Below, piece after piece: positions 36,313 to 45,521 of a stretch of DNA of 64,000 bases. Position numbers and translations under genes: made by a program. Position 1 is the stretch's first letter; the number at the start of each line of letters is the position of its first letter. The stretch covers positions 137,956 to 201,955 of the forward strand of contig CBDAMZ010000009.1 in NCBI GenBank assembly GCA_965197375.1, in the 5' to 3' direction. The notes beneath the pieces were generated by a model. It searched no databases. It worked only from the letters and a program-made list of their open reading frames with translations, and was not told the DNA's origin. The DNA comes from Vicinamibacterales bacterium. Its GTDB lineage: Bacteria; Acidobacteriota; Vicinamibacteria; Vicinamibacterales; UBA8438.

Positions 36313-37970
36313 TTAAGGAACCTGGTGCGCCTCGTGCCACTCCCGCGCGCGGCGGTTTGCCTCGCTTATGTCCGCTGGCGTCATCTGTGCGGCTACGCCG
36401 TTGCGCGCGGGCTCCGTCCGCTCGCGCGCCTTACCAGTTGACCGGAAATCGGCAAGGATATGCCACATGAGGGCTTCGACGTTGTCCTGCGGGACGCCGT
36501 TGCCGGTGGCGTAACTCACCCCAAGGGTGTTCTGCGCGTCGGCGTGGCCTTGCTCAGCGGCTTGGCGGTGCTAGGCGACGGCTTCGGCGGCATCCTGCGG
36601 GACGCCGTTGCCGGTGGCGCAACTCACCCCAAGGTTGTTCTGCGCGTTGGCGTGGCCTTGCTCAGCGGCCAGGCGATGCCAGACCACGGCTTCAACGTCA
36701 TTCTGCAGGACGCCCCGGCCATTGGCGTACATCGTCCCAAGGTTGGTCTGCGCATCGGGATCGCCCCGCTCAGCGGCCAAGCGGTACCAGGCGACAGCTT
36801 CGGCGGCATCCTGCGGGACGCCCCGGCCCTCGGCGTACATCCCCCCAAGGTTGGTCTGCGCTTCGGGATCGCCCCGCTCAGCGGCTAGGCGGTACCAGGC
36901 GACAGCTTCGGCGGCATCCTGCGGGACGCCGTAGCCCTCGGCGTACATCACCCCAAGGTTAAACTGCGCCCTGGCGTCGCCCTGGTCAGCGGCCAAGCGG
37001 TACCAGGTACCGGCTTCAACGTAATCCTGCGGGACACCGTTACCGGTGGCGTACATCACCCCAAGGTTAAACTGCGCGTCGACGTCGCCCTGGCCTGCTC
37101 AGCGCTGGCGCGCAGGGCGGCGACCCTTGCTGCGGCGGGCCAAATATTTCCCCCGCCCACCTCGCCTTCCCAGTACTCCTTCGGGCTCGCCTCAAATCGC
37201 TCGTCGTCATTCTTTAAGTCAATACCCCCTTCGTCAGCGCCATCGTCCAGGTTCTCAAGAGCCGCACGGATTGTCCGGACAGTGGCGTCGATGATCGCGA
37301 ACCATTCCGGGCCATGTGTGACCAACGGGTCAAGGCGCGGAATACCCTTGTTCGGGCTCTCGCTTGTCGCCACCTGTTCCCATTCCTTGCCCGACGGTGC
37401 GCGGAACCTGCGGCGAGTAGCGCCCGGAATCAGGGCAGCGACCTGGTCCAGGTAGCCCTGGTAAATAGATGCGTCGAGCCCGAGCTTTTGAACGCGTCGA
37501 GAAAATCGTTGCGTACTCGATAGCCTTCCTCTCCAGCTGAGCTGCCCAAGCGTGAAGCTGTGGCCGGCGTCGGCGTCTTCGTATTTCAGTAGTGGACCTG
37601 CATCACCCCACGCGATCGTTAGGTCGTGTGCGGAGGCTTGCTCAATCACCCATCTTGCGAACACGACGACCTCTGGTGAGCTCGTTGTGGATAGCCGCTT
37701 GAGGAAATCAGCTTCCTTTCTTTCTTCCGTCTTTAATCTCATCAGCCGATTCAAATTCATCCACTTGATACCCTTCTCGTGTCTGTGTCGCGCCACAACG
37801 TCATCCGGCAGAATCTGAACGTTCGTTCCTACGGCAGTGGTGAGCCTGCGTTGTCCTTCAAGTGACAGTTCTACATACGCAGCCTCACCGTTTGGCATCT
37901 TTGTCTCAGCAAGCGCTGGCCGCAGTTCGGTAGGTAGTTCCGTACCCGCCTGATCGGCTTTCTTGATCAT
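36313..37970 (-). pseudogene. Sel1-like repeat (SLR) protein with ~295-aa unknown N-terminal domain; disrupted by one frameshift and one in-frame TAG
   Basis: Start placed at MIKKADQ (M47 of ORF 37056..38108, GGAGGA ~7 nt upstream). The frame switches near 37085-37100 (...ALRASAEQ then GQGDVDAQFNLGVMYATGNGVPQD). SLR units follow (AVAWYRLAAERGDPEAQTNLGGMYAEGRGVPQD, repeated). The TAG at 36571-36573 replaces the Trp of the AVAW motif, and the same frame continues to 36313. Confidence 0.7.
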
Positions 37971-38614
37971 AGGTTTCCTCCCGAAGTTCTGAAGAGGATA
38001 GCCTGTGACCGGCGTCAACCATTCTTCCGGGTGGTTGACCACTAGAATCCTGGTGGCGCGTCGCCCACCGAGGTAATGCTCGCGGGGGCGTGGATGACGG
38101 CGTCGCATCGTCGCCCACTACTCCGCCGAGGCCGCCGCCGCGCATGTGCGGCTCGTCACCGAACGCCTCGTGCTGATCAACCGGCAACTCGATCACGCGC
38201 GGCGCCAACTCGACCGGCTGGTGCGGCAGCTCGCTGAGTTCGATTCGGCGGACGATCCGGACTGTGCCGCGGTCGGCGTCAGCGTCCCGCCGGTCACGCA
38301 GAAGACCACGAGACCGAGCGTGGCCCCGTATCGACGCACCGACTCGCCCATGCTCTGCCGGTTGACGCCAGACCCAGACCCGCGTACGCCCCCGCTGGCG
38401 AGGTAATGGGCCTCTTTGGCCAACTGCCTCATCGTAAGCGCTCAACGACCCGTCAAAAACATCCACGGCACACGACACACCTAGCGCGCCGCCAAATCTG
38501 CCCCGCGCCGCACTCTGCAGTGGGCGCATCGGGCGACTCAGTTCCACGGGTGTCGTCGAGGGTTCTCCACGAACGCCTTGGCAGTTCCAGCGGGTGCCGC
38601 GTGCACGAACGTGA

Positions 38615-39649
38615 CGATCGTTGCCCACGTGTCCCCGGAAGGTAGGGGTGGACGCGTACAGGTGGCGACTGCCCCACGCAGGGAGCACAAGCCCGTGCGC
38701 TGCGGTGAACGGCCCGTCGTCCATCCGGGTCGGATTCGTCCCATGCGGATGGGGGTGGCCCGGTCGAACCGGCGGGCTCGCCGGTGAGGGACACCGCGGC
38801 GACCGGGCCACGACGGTCCAGCGGCCACGCGGTGCCGCCACGTGCGGGAGTACTCGTGCTACGTCCGCCCGCGCCCCCACGGATGACCGTCCGACCCGAC
38901 GGTGGGCCACGCCCCGGCGCCGATGAGCCGTGAACGACGGCATCTCTCCATCGCACACGGTCGATCGCGCCGCCCGCGGGAACAGCCCGGTCACCGTAGG
39001 ACCTCGGGCGTGTACCCGTGCTTAGTAGTAATACCTAGCGAGTTCTTCTTCCGTGTACTCGGCGAGGAGCTCCTCGAGGCTGATGACCTTTGGGCGGTAT
39101 TCGGGTCGGTAGGCTTCACCCGCCCACGGCGGGATGCCGGTGCCAGCGGGGAAGCTGGCCAGGAAGTTGTCGCGGGCGAGCTCGGCCCAGCTCCGTCCGT
39201 GGCGGCGTTTGGGTTGCGGTAGGCCTTCGATGCGGTAGGCCACATCGGGCATGAACATCGGCCACTTCGTCCGGGCGGCGGCGCGGCGGCGGCGGAGCGT
39301 CCTGAGAGCGAAATTTTCACGTACGTGTACCGTCGTTTTCGGCCAGTTCTGTATTTCGGTGGCCGGGGTGAAGCACTTTTCATCAATGTTCATCGAGGGT
39401 CGTCTCGAAATTTTAAAATCGAATTTTGCGAAACTGCGCGTGAAGGTGGGCGGTCACGCCGCTCATCCGGACGAGATTCGGGGGCGGGGGGGTACGGCGC
39501 ACGCCGAGCCGGTGGTGTCGATACCTCCACACTCGCGGCTGCGGCGGGCGTCGAGGTCGTTTCGTTTCTGACCAGTTCGACCGCATGTTCGCCGACGAGA
39601 ACAACGTGGCCCGAGGCACCTCAGAAATGAGATTTTGATTTTCCTAGAG
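38615..39649 (-). mobile_element. unclassified ~1.0-kb repeat element, second full copy
   Basis: Colinear with 22270..23306: 3' non-coding block ...GGTGGACGCGTACAGGTGGCGACTGCCCCACGCAGGGAGCACAAGCCCGTGCGCTGCGGTGAACGG..., then the 123-aa ORF and the leader ending ...GATTTTGATTTTCCTAGAG at 39649. Left boundary +/- 15 nt. Confidence 0.55.
39022..39393 (-). CDS. conserved 123-aa protein of the repeat element ('YY-terminal' family)
   Basis: MNIDEKCFTPATEIQNWPKTTVHVRENFALRTLRRRRAAARTKWPMFMPDVAYRIEGLPQPKRRHGRSWAELARDNFLASFPAGTGIPPWAGEAYRPEYRPKVISLEELLAEYTEEELARYYY. About 90% identical by eye to 22675..23046. Confidence 0.65.
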   Translation of the reverse strand: MNIDEKCFTPATEIQNWPKTTVHVRENFALRTLRRRRAAARTKWPMFMPDVAYRIEGLPQPKRRHGRSWAELARDNFLASFPAGTGIPPWAGEAYRPEYRPKVISLEELLAEYTEEELARYYY

Positions 39650-40033
39650 ATTGAAAGAGCTGGTGTGAAGGTTACGGGAGGAGTGGCTCAATCGTCCACT
39701 CTCACAGTTCCAAAACCGTCCTTCGTAGAAATAGCTGACGCGGACCCGAATCTTGCACTGGTCGGATTGCGAATTGAACTTGAACGGCGCCTTCGGAATT
39801 TAGCTGGTCGGTACTCCATCAGTAAGAAGCAGCCCTTGGTGCACATCCTTCACCAATTAGAGAGGCAAGGAGTACTATCTCATCCGGTGCTCTCCGGACT
39901 TCAGGAACTCGTGGCGTTCGGCAATCAGGCCGCACACGGTGCTCAGGTAAATCCGGCGGCAGCATCTTGGGCAATCGCTGTTGGTCCGCAAGTCCTCGCG
40001 GTACTTGACAAACCCTTGGGCGCAACAGCGTGA
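39650..40033 (+). pseudogene. DUF4145-like protein, N-terminally truncated at the repeat terminus
   Basis: ...DPNLALVGLRIELERRLRNLAGRY...VHILHQLERQGVLSHPVLSGLQELVAFGNQAAHGAQV fits the DUF4145 pattern (R..LE..l...........GN.AAH). Track ORF 39635.. begins inside the repeat end. Confidence 0.45.
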
Positions 40034-40178
40034 CTTTGCGTGATGGAATTGTTTACGGTGCGTCTAGGTGTCGTGTCCCTAAAGTCACACGGAGGACAGG
40101 CCCTTGAGTAGGGGATTATAAGTTTCACTTGACACGACAGGCGGAGGACCACATGCCAGAATCAACTATACTACCCGG

Positions 40179-40415
40179 ATGATGCCGAAGATCATGAGCA
40201 CAGACTACGAAGCGATACTGACCGACGCGACCGAAATCAACGGCGAGAGCGCCCGCCTCAAGCGGAGAAACAACATCAACCGCTTCATCAACGAGGCCCA
40301 GGGGTGGCTCCAGCATCTTGAGACTCGCGGAGAGGGTCCCTCGCTGAAAGAAGCGCATCGGATCGTTGAACACCTCCGCGAGAAGTTAGACACGATTCCC
40401 GAGACAGACGACTAG
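40179..40415 (+). CDS. hypothetical 78-aa helical protein between the outer and inner left IR copies
   Basis: ORF with ordinary composition (MMPKIMSTDYEAILTDATEINGESARLKRRNNINRFINEAQGWLQHLE...). No motif recognised. Confidence 0.35.
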   Translation: MMPKIMSTDYEAILTDATEINGESARLKRRNNINRFINEAQGWLQHLETRGEGPSLKEAHRIVEHLREKLDTIPETDD

Positions 40416-40630
40416 ATGGAACTATGAGTTTCACTTGACACTCGCGCCCGCCTGACCTACCCTTCACTCGCCACAGCAGACTGCGTGCAATCCGACGTCG
40501 GGTTGCCCGCTCAATACAAGACCCTTCCGGGGAACAAGCGGGACTCTGCATACGCATGCGGTTTGTTGTGGCGACTGACCCGGCGACCAATTCAGGTCAC
40601 GGGCAATCCCAGAAGGGGGAAACCGTTGCT

Positions 40631-41035
40631 ATGCAAAGACTCGCGATCGGATTGATGCTCGTCGCTGTACTTGGTGTTGTCGCACCAGCTCATGCGCGCA
40701 CGGCTGGCAAAACGAAAGCTGGCGCGATTCTCACGCTCTCGGGAAGCGCCCTTGTGCTCGCGGCATTTGACTACACGGGCGATCAATGCCCAGAGGGGTA
40801 TTCGACGCATACGTATGAGAACCTTTCGACACAGTGCGTCTTTCTTAGCCGTTCTGGGTCTGACGTGCGAACGGCCACGACTGGAATTACGTACAAACGG
40901 CCTGGGCTGATGTGGAGCGGCCTCGGTGTGGCGGCCACCGGGATCGTGCTGTTGTTGCTTCCTGAACGAGCGCGGATGGTGGACGTGAGTGTGACGCCAG
41001 ATGGGTGGCGAGCCTCAAAGATGATCGGGTGGTGA
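40631..41035 (+). CDS. hypothetical secreted/membrane-anchored protein (IS passenger)
   Basis: Track ORF 40556..41035. Start placed at M26 (MQRLAIGLMLVAVLGVVAPAHA, signal peptide). A C-terminal hydrophobic segment GLGVAATGIVLLLL is present. Confidence 0.5.
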   Translation: MQRLAIGLMLVAVLGVVAPAHARTAGKTKAGAILTLSGSALVLAAFDYTGDQCPEGYSTHTYENLSTQCVFLSRSGSDVRTATTGITYKRPGLMWSGLGVAATGIVLLLLPERARMVDVSVTPDGWRASKMIGW

Positions 41036-41197
41036 AGGCTATAGAGTTCGGGTTCTAGTCCTCGGCTCGGGCACGCTGTGGGGCGTGCCCGAGCCTCATA
41101 CTGGTGAAATCACTCAGGGAGTGATACATGCCTAAAAAGCAAACGTCCAGTAGGGTATCAACGTTGGCGAGCCAAATCCTTTCAGGCGAGAAGAAAC

Positions 41198-41536
41198 CTA
41201 CCCTGAAGGACGCGAAGACGCTCGCGGCGTCTGTCTTGTCACAGGACGAGAAGAAAGGCCAGCGCCGAAAGTAAGCTTCGGCTCTTTCAATCGCGAGATT
41301 TTCACGATGCAACAGGCAGGAATGCGAATCAGGCCAGACACTTGGAGTGCCTCTTCGTCCTCGAGATCGCCCATATTCGGAGCCAGGGCTTTCACGTCGT
41401 TCCCATCGTGGACGAGCCACCCCACAGAGACGCATCGCACGACGCGGAGTGGGTTGTGCGTCAGTTCATGAAGAAAGCGCCAAGCCGATGTCGGTTGCGC
41501 ACTATCCTCCCATTCAATCATGACGAGCTGAACCAT
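41198..41536 (-). CDS. hypothetical protein (IS passenger)
   Basis: 112-aa ORF. The N-terminal ~80 aa look protein-like (MVQLVMIEWEDSAQPTSAWRFL...VSVGWLVHDGNDVKALAPNMGD). The C-terminal tail is low-complexity and overlaps a convergent 48-aa Lys-rich ORF (41128..41274, MPKKQTSSRVSTLASQILSGEKKPTLKDAK...), so its end is uncertain. Confidence 0.4.
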   Translation of the reverse strand: MVQLVMIEWEDSAQPTSAWRFLHELTHNPLRVVRCVSVGWLVHDGNDVKALAPNMGDLEDEEALQVSGLIRIPACCIVKISRLKEPKLTFGAGLSSRPVTRQTPRASSRPSG

Positions 41537-41621
41537 ACACGTGAAAGGATAGCACCAATGAGGAAACGCCCAGACTACGGCGACGCCACCCCGGAAGACT
41601 TAGTTCGTGCCGTGATGCGCC

Positions 41622-42599
41622 CTACGAACGGGCGCCCGATGCCAGTCCGTTCTGAGCAATCAGGTCGCGGTACATCAGACGCTTCCCGACTAACCCGCGC
41701 GCAAGGGAAATCATCTGCGCCTGCGTGTCCGCCTCGCGTAGGTTGTGCTTCCAGGCAAACTCGTTGACGTAGCGTTGGAGGTGCTTGGGGCTCAGCTTGT
41801 GGAAGGTGCCCTTGTGGGCACGTTTAAGCATGGCCCAGAAGCTTTCGATCCCGTTGGTGTGCGCCATGTTGCTAACGTACTCACCTGCTGAGTGCTTCAC
41901 AGTTTCGTGGTTCGGTAGTCCCTCGTACCCGCCGTGGTCATCAGTGTAGACCGTCGCGCCAGGCGCAGTGTGGCGTTCGACGAATCCCTGTAAGGTCGGC
42001 GCGTCGGTCTGCTCGATGACGCGCGCGCTCACGCGGTTCGTCTTCCGATCCTTCGCGCCGATGACCGCCGTTTTCCCTGAAGGCCCTCGCCCGGTTCCGG
42101 CGAGGGCTTTCCGCGTCGCGTTGCTCATGTTCCGGCGTTTGCCGCCGACGTACGTTTCGTCCACTTCGACGGGACCGGTGAATGATGATCGGGTTGGTCT
42201 CCCCCACGCTTCGCGAATGCGATGCAGCATGAACCACGCGGCTGGTTGTGACACCCCGATATCCCGATGGAGTTTCATGCTGGAAATGCTCTTGAGGCTC
42301 GTGAGTTCGAGATACATGGCGAAGGCCCATTTTCGCAGCGGCACATGCGAGCGTTCCAGGATGGTCCCCGTGCGGACACTGAAGTACGATCGGCAGTCAG
42401 TGCACCAGTAGGGCATCGGTGTCGCGTTCGGGACGGGTCTCGTCGCGATGCTCCCGCAGTGGCCGCATCCGCGACCATCGGACCAGACGTACCGCTCGAA
42501 CCAGAGGGTCGCCGTCTGTTCGTCGGGGAACATCCGGGTCAATTCGATGAGCGTGATCCCCTTCCGGTGTGATTTCCCAGGGGCGGCAGGTCTTGGCAT
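41622..42599 (-). CDS. IS1595-family transposase (N-terminal zinc-ribbon + DDE domain)
   Basis: 325-aa ORF. CGHCGS...YWCTDCRSYFSVRTGTILERSHVPLRKWAFAMYL is the zinc-finger/HTH region typical of IS1595. VEVDETYVGGKRR, VYTDDHGGYEGL and HTNGIESFWAMLKR give the DDE-type catalytic contexts. Confidence 0.9.
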   Translation of the reverse strand: MPRPAAPGKSHRKGITLIELTRMFPDEQTATLWFERYVWSDGRGCGHCGSIATRPVPNATPMPYWCTDCRSYFSVRTGTILERSHVPLRKWAFAMYLELTSLKSISSMKLHRDIGVSQPAAWFMLHRIREAWGRPTRSSFTGPVEVDETYVGGKRRNMSNATRKALAGTGRGPSGKTAVIGAKDRKTNRVSARVIEQTDAPTLQGFVERHTAPGATVYTDDHGGYEGLPNHETVKHSAGEYVSNMAHTNGIESFWAMLKRAHKGTFHKLSPKHLQRYVNEFAWKHNLREADTQAQMISLARGLVGKRLMYRDLIAQNGLASGARS

Positions 42600-42640
42600 G
42601 TCAGCGTCCTTTCACCTGTAACGATAGGCGAGTCTCGCTG

Positions 42641-43627
42641 CTATGTCAAGTTAAACTTATAATTCCCGAGGGTGGTGGTCCCGCTGCCGCTGGTGTAGTT
42701 CGCCGGCTTCAAGTTCACGGGATCGCCGCCGCCGACGCGCAGCGTGAGTTGCGGCGTGCCGGTCACCGCCACCGCCCGGTCAAAGGTCACCGTGGCCGTC
42801 ACCGTGTCGCCGATGGCGTAGGTCTCATCGGCGCCCGGGTCGGAGGTGAGTGCCACGTTGTTAATCGTCGGCGGCGGCTCGTTCACGTCGGTCAGGTCAA
42901 TCGCCACGGCGATGGTGTCGGTCCCGCCGAGGCCGCCGTCGGCCTTGACGGTCACCGCGTAGCTCGGCGTCGTCTCGTAGTCGTAGGTCACGCCCGACGT
43001 GGTCTGGATCTGGCCGCTCGCGGAGACGATCTGGAACGAGGCGGCGTCGGTCCCCTCCAGGGAGTAGGTCAGCGTGTCGTCGTTGCCGTCCGTGGCGGTG
43101 ACGGCGGCACCGACGTTCGTGCCCGCGTCGCTGTTCTCGGCCACCTCGCGCGTCGTGCTGTCCGCGCCGAAGTCCGGCGCGGCGTTGGAGAGGGTGAGGC
43201 GCGCCTGGACGGTATCGTCGTCGCTCCAGGTGAGACCGTGGCCGGTCCATATGTATCCTCTGTCACTGTTGCCGAGCGTAGCGGCGGAGAGGGCGAAGGA
43301 GGCGGAGCCGAGGTGGAGGGTCAGGCGCTGCGCGGCCGCGCCGGGGGCGGAATCGAATATGAGGACCAGTTGGTTGCTAACTGTTGGCACCTGAATTTGG
43401 AGGGCCGTGATCGTGTAGGTCGTTCCGCCCAGGTCGAAGTCGTCGTCGGACAGGCTGCCCGTTTGTTCAGAGGCGGTGTTGCTGAATCCGACGGACGAGA
43501 CAAATCCGCTGGTCACGTTCTCTTCTGCGGTGAGGGTGGCGGACCAGATCGCGGTCTGGGCCGCCGCGGGCGCGGGAAGGGCGAGGAGACCGGCGAGGGC
43601 GAGGAGCACGCCCCCGCTCGCGCGCAT
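42641..43627 (-). CDS. secreted cadherin-repeat protein, C-terminally truncated by the IS1595 insertion
   Basis: Track ORF 42641..44146. Start placed at M174 (MRASGGVLLALAGLLALPAPAAAQ, signal peptide). Cadherin-like unit: VAENSDAGTNVGAAVTATDGNDDTLTYSLEGTDAASFQI...YDYETTPSYAVTVKADGG...DLTDVNEPP. The reading frame runs into the IS terminal repeat and stops there (..GNYKFNLT*). Confidence 0.7.
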   Translation of the reverse strand: MRASGGVLLALAGLLALPAPAAAQTAIWSATLTAEENVTSGFVSSVGFSNTASEQTGSLSDDDFDLGGTTYTITALQIQVPTVSNQLVLIFDSAPGAAAQRLTLHLGSASFALSAATLGNSDRGYIWTGHGLTWSDDDTVQARLTLSNAAPDFGADSTTREVAENSDAGTNVGAAVTATDGNDDTLTYSLEGTDAASFQIVSASGQIQTTSGVTYDYETTPSYAVTVKADGGLGGTDTIAVAIDLTDVNEPPPTINNVALTSDPGADETYAIGDTVTATVTFDRAVAVTGTPQLTLRVGGGDPVNLKPANYTSGSGTTTLGNYKFNLT

Positions 43628-44188
43628 CGCGCGACCCCGCCGGGCCACAGCGCGCGGCCGGGCACGCCAGGCGTGCGCCGTCTGCCAGATTCCGCCGAGA
43701 GGGGCGCGGAGGCAGAGCGAGCGTCGGGCCGGGCGCCGGGGCGTTCCAGCGACACCGTGCGTGTCAGTGGCCGCCGCCCTCGCGGGCGCGGCGGACGTGG
43801 GGTCGGGCGGAGCGGCGATCCGTCGGACACGCTCTCCGCGTCGGGCGCCGTCATGGTCTTGGCGCGCGGACGCAATCGCGATCCGCAGGCGGGACGCATC
43901 TATGGCCGCACCCTCACGGTGCCAGGTGGCGCGTCCTTCCTGCTGAACGCCCCCCCGACGACGGGGGTCCCGCCGCCGTCCGGCGCACGCGCGTGCGGCC
44001 CACCCGAGCCACTCATGCCGGGCGGCGCGTCCGAACGACCCTGCCGGGGCGAACGCCGCGCCCACGGCTCCCAGGTTCTGGGTGTGGGCGTCCCCACAAC
44101 CCACTGTTCTTGATACCGTTCTGCGACGGACGCTCCCGGAATTCATGCCGTCCCTCCCTCGTTGCGTACTCGGCGCCCACGTGGGCGG

Positions 44189-44218
44189 GACTCGCGATAA
44201 CTGTAGTTATCGCGAGTC
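44189..44218. repeat. 30-bp palindrome, putative recombinase core site (centre GT)
   Basis: GACTCGCGATAACT-GT-AGTTATCGCGAGTC: 14-bp perfect arms, 13 nt upstream of the recombinase ORF start. Confidence 0.6.
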
Positions 44219-44230
44219 AAATGCCGGGCC

Positions 44231-45229
44231 GTGTTCGATGGACTCGGGGAGGTGGCGATGCTTGTGGAAAGCCTGAGCAGCCCGGTGCCGGCGAGCGCCG
44301 GGCGCACCGACCGCGACCCGCTCGACGCCGGCGCGGTGACCGCGCGCGGGGCGCTGAGCGCCAACACCGAGCGGGCCGTGCGCTCGGACCTCGCCATCTA
44401 CGCCGTCTGGTGCGCCGACCGCGGCGTGCCGGCGCTGCCCGCGAGCGCGGCGACCATCGCCACGTTCGTCGACGCCATGGCCCGGATCCGGGCCCCCTCG
44501 ACGGTGCGCCGCTACGTCGCCAGCATCGCCGCCGCGCACCGGGCGCTCGGCAGGGCAAAGACGGCGCGAAGCGAATCCGTGAGACGGGCGCTCCAGCGCA
44601 TGCACCGGCGCACGGGGCGGCGGCAGGCGCAGGCCAAGGGGCTCACCGGGGCGCTACGCCAGCGCCTGCTCGACGCGCCGGGCGAGCGGCTCATCGACGG
44701 ACGCAATCGCGCGCTGCTGGCGGTCGCCTACGACACGCTGCTGCGGCGCTCCGAGCTGGTGTCGCTGGACGTGTCTGATGTACTGGAGGAAATCGATGGA
44801 ACGGCGACGGTGCTGGTGCGCCGCTCCAAGGCCGACCCCGAAGGCCGCGGCGCGACGGTCTACCTGGCGCGCGACAGCGTGGCGCTGGTGCGGGCGTGGA
44901 GGCAGCGAAGCGGGGTGCGGGACGGCCGGCTGTTCCGCTCGCTGTGCCGGGGCGTGGTCGGCGCGGGGCTGGACGCGAGCCAGGTTCCGCGCATCTTCAA
45001 GGCGATGGCCGAGCGCGCCGGCGTCTCAGGCGCGGTCGTGCAGCACATCTCCGGGCACAGCCCCCGGGTCGGCGCGGCGCAAGACATGGTCGCGGGCGGC
45101 ATCGGCATGGCGGCCATCCTGCACGCCGGGCGGTGGAAGACCACGACCATGGTCAACCGCTACGGGGAGCGGCTGCTCGCCAGGCGCAGCGGCGCCGCGC
45201 AGCTCGCGCGGCTGCAGCAGCGCGAATAG
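44231..45229 (+). CDS. tyrosine recombinase (XerC/D-Cre-like 'phage integrase' family)
   Basis: 332-aa ORF (GTG; alternative ATG at 44258). N-terminal SAM-like core-binding region (TERAVRSDLAIYAVWCADRG). Catalytic contexts: AYDTLLRRSELVSL (Arg), VLVRRSKADPEGRG, ISGHSPRVGAAQDM (H-x-x-R) and HAGRWKTTTMVNRYGE (His/Trp...Tyr). Confidence 0.9.
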   Translation: MFDGLGEVAMLVESLSSPVPASAGRTDRDPLDAGAVTARGALSANTERAVRSDLAIYAVWCADRGVPALPASAATIATFVDAMARIRAPSTVRRYVASIAAAHRALGRAKTARSESVRRALQRMHRRTGRRQAQAKGLTGALRQRLLDAPGERLIDGRNRALLAVAYDTLLRRSELVSLDVSDVLEEIDGTATVLVRRSKADPEGRGATVYLARDSVALVRAWRQRSGVRDGRLFRSLCRGVVGAGLDASQVPRIFKAMAERAGVSGAVVQHISGHSPRVGAAQDMVAGGIGMAAILHAGRWKTTTMVNRYGERLLARRSGAAQLARLQQRE

Positions 45230-45320
45230 ATGCGCGGTGGTGTATCATGCGGCGGTCCCACCTCGGCCCGCTGTCGTGTCGCCGCCGAGCCGGGCGCAAA
45301 GAGGGCGGATTTTCCGCAAG

Positions 45321-45335
45321 AGTTATCGCGAGTCA
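45321..45335 (+). repeat. isolated half-site of the recombinase palindrome
   Basis: AGTTATCGCGAGTCA followed by TATGC. The same arm plus flank (AGTTATCGCGAGTCA-A/T-A/T-TGC) forms the right halves of the palindromes at 44189 and 45522. Confidence 0.5.
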
Positions 45336-45521
45336 TATGCGCCGATGGGCGTACGGTCGGCCCTGTCGGCGCGGGTGAGGCGGGCGCGGCGCGCCGTGCG
45401 CCCCGGACGGGACAAGCGGCAATGGAATCAACAGGTTGCCTTGAGTCGCCGTACGGCCTAGAATGACGCGATTACGACCGAGGCCGATTGCGCGGTCACC
45501 GGCCGAGAACGCCGAATTGCC

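Larger units (their letters stand above)
40111..42667 (-). mobile_element. IS1595-family insertion sequence with passenger ORFs, bounded by ~25-bp imperfect terminal inverted repeats
   Basis: GGGGATTATAAGTTTCACTTGACAC (40111-40135) versus the reverse complement of 42644-42667, GGGAATTATAAGTTTAACTTGACA (2 mismatches). The transposase starts 45 nt inside the right IR. A third, inner IR-like copy, GGAACTATGAGTTTCACTTGACAC, lies at 40418-40441. No target-site duplication seen. Confidence 0.7.

Noticed and set aside
36313-37059. Tandem ~108-nt periodicity that could be mistaken for a CRISPR-like or satellite repeat array.
   Set aside because: The period equals the 36-aa Sel1-like repeat and the units are in frame and coding (AxAWYRLAAExGxxxAQxNLGxMYxxGxGVPQD). 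There are no spacers or CRISPR repeat features, and no CRISPR array was seen anywhere in the window.
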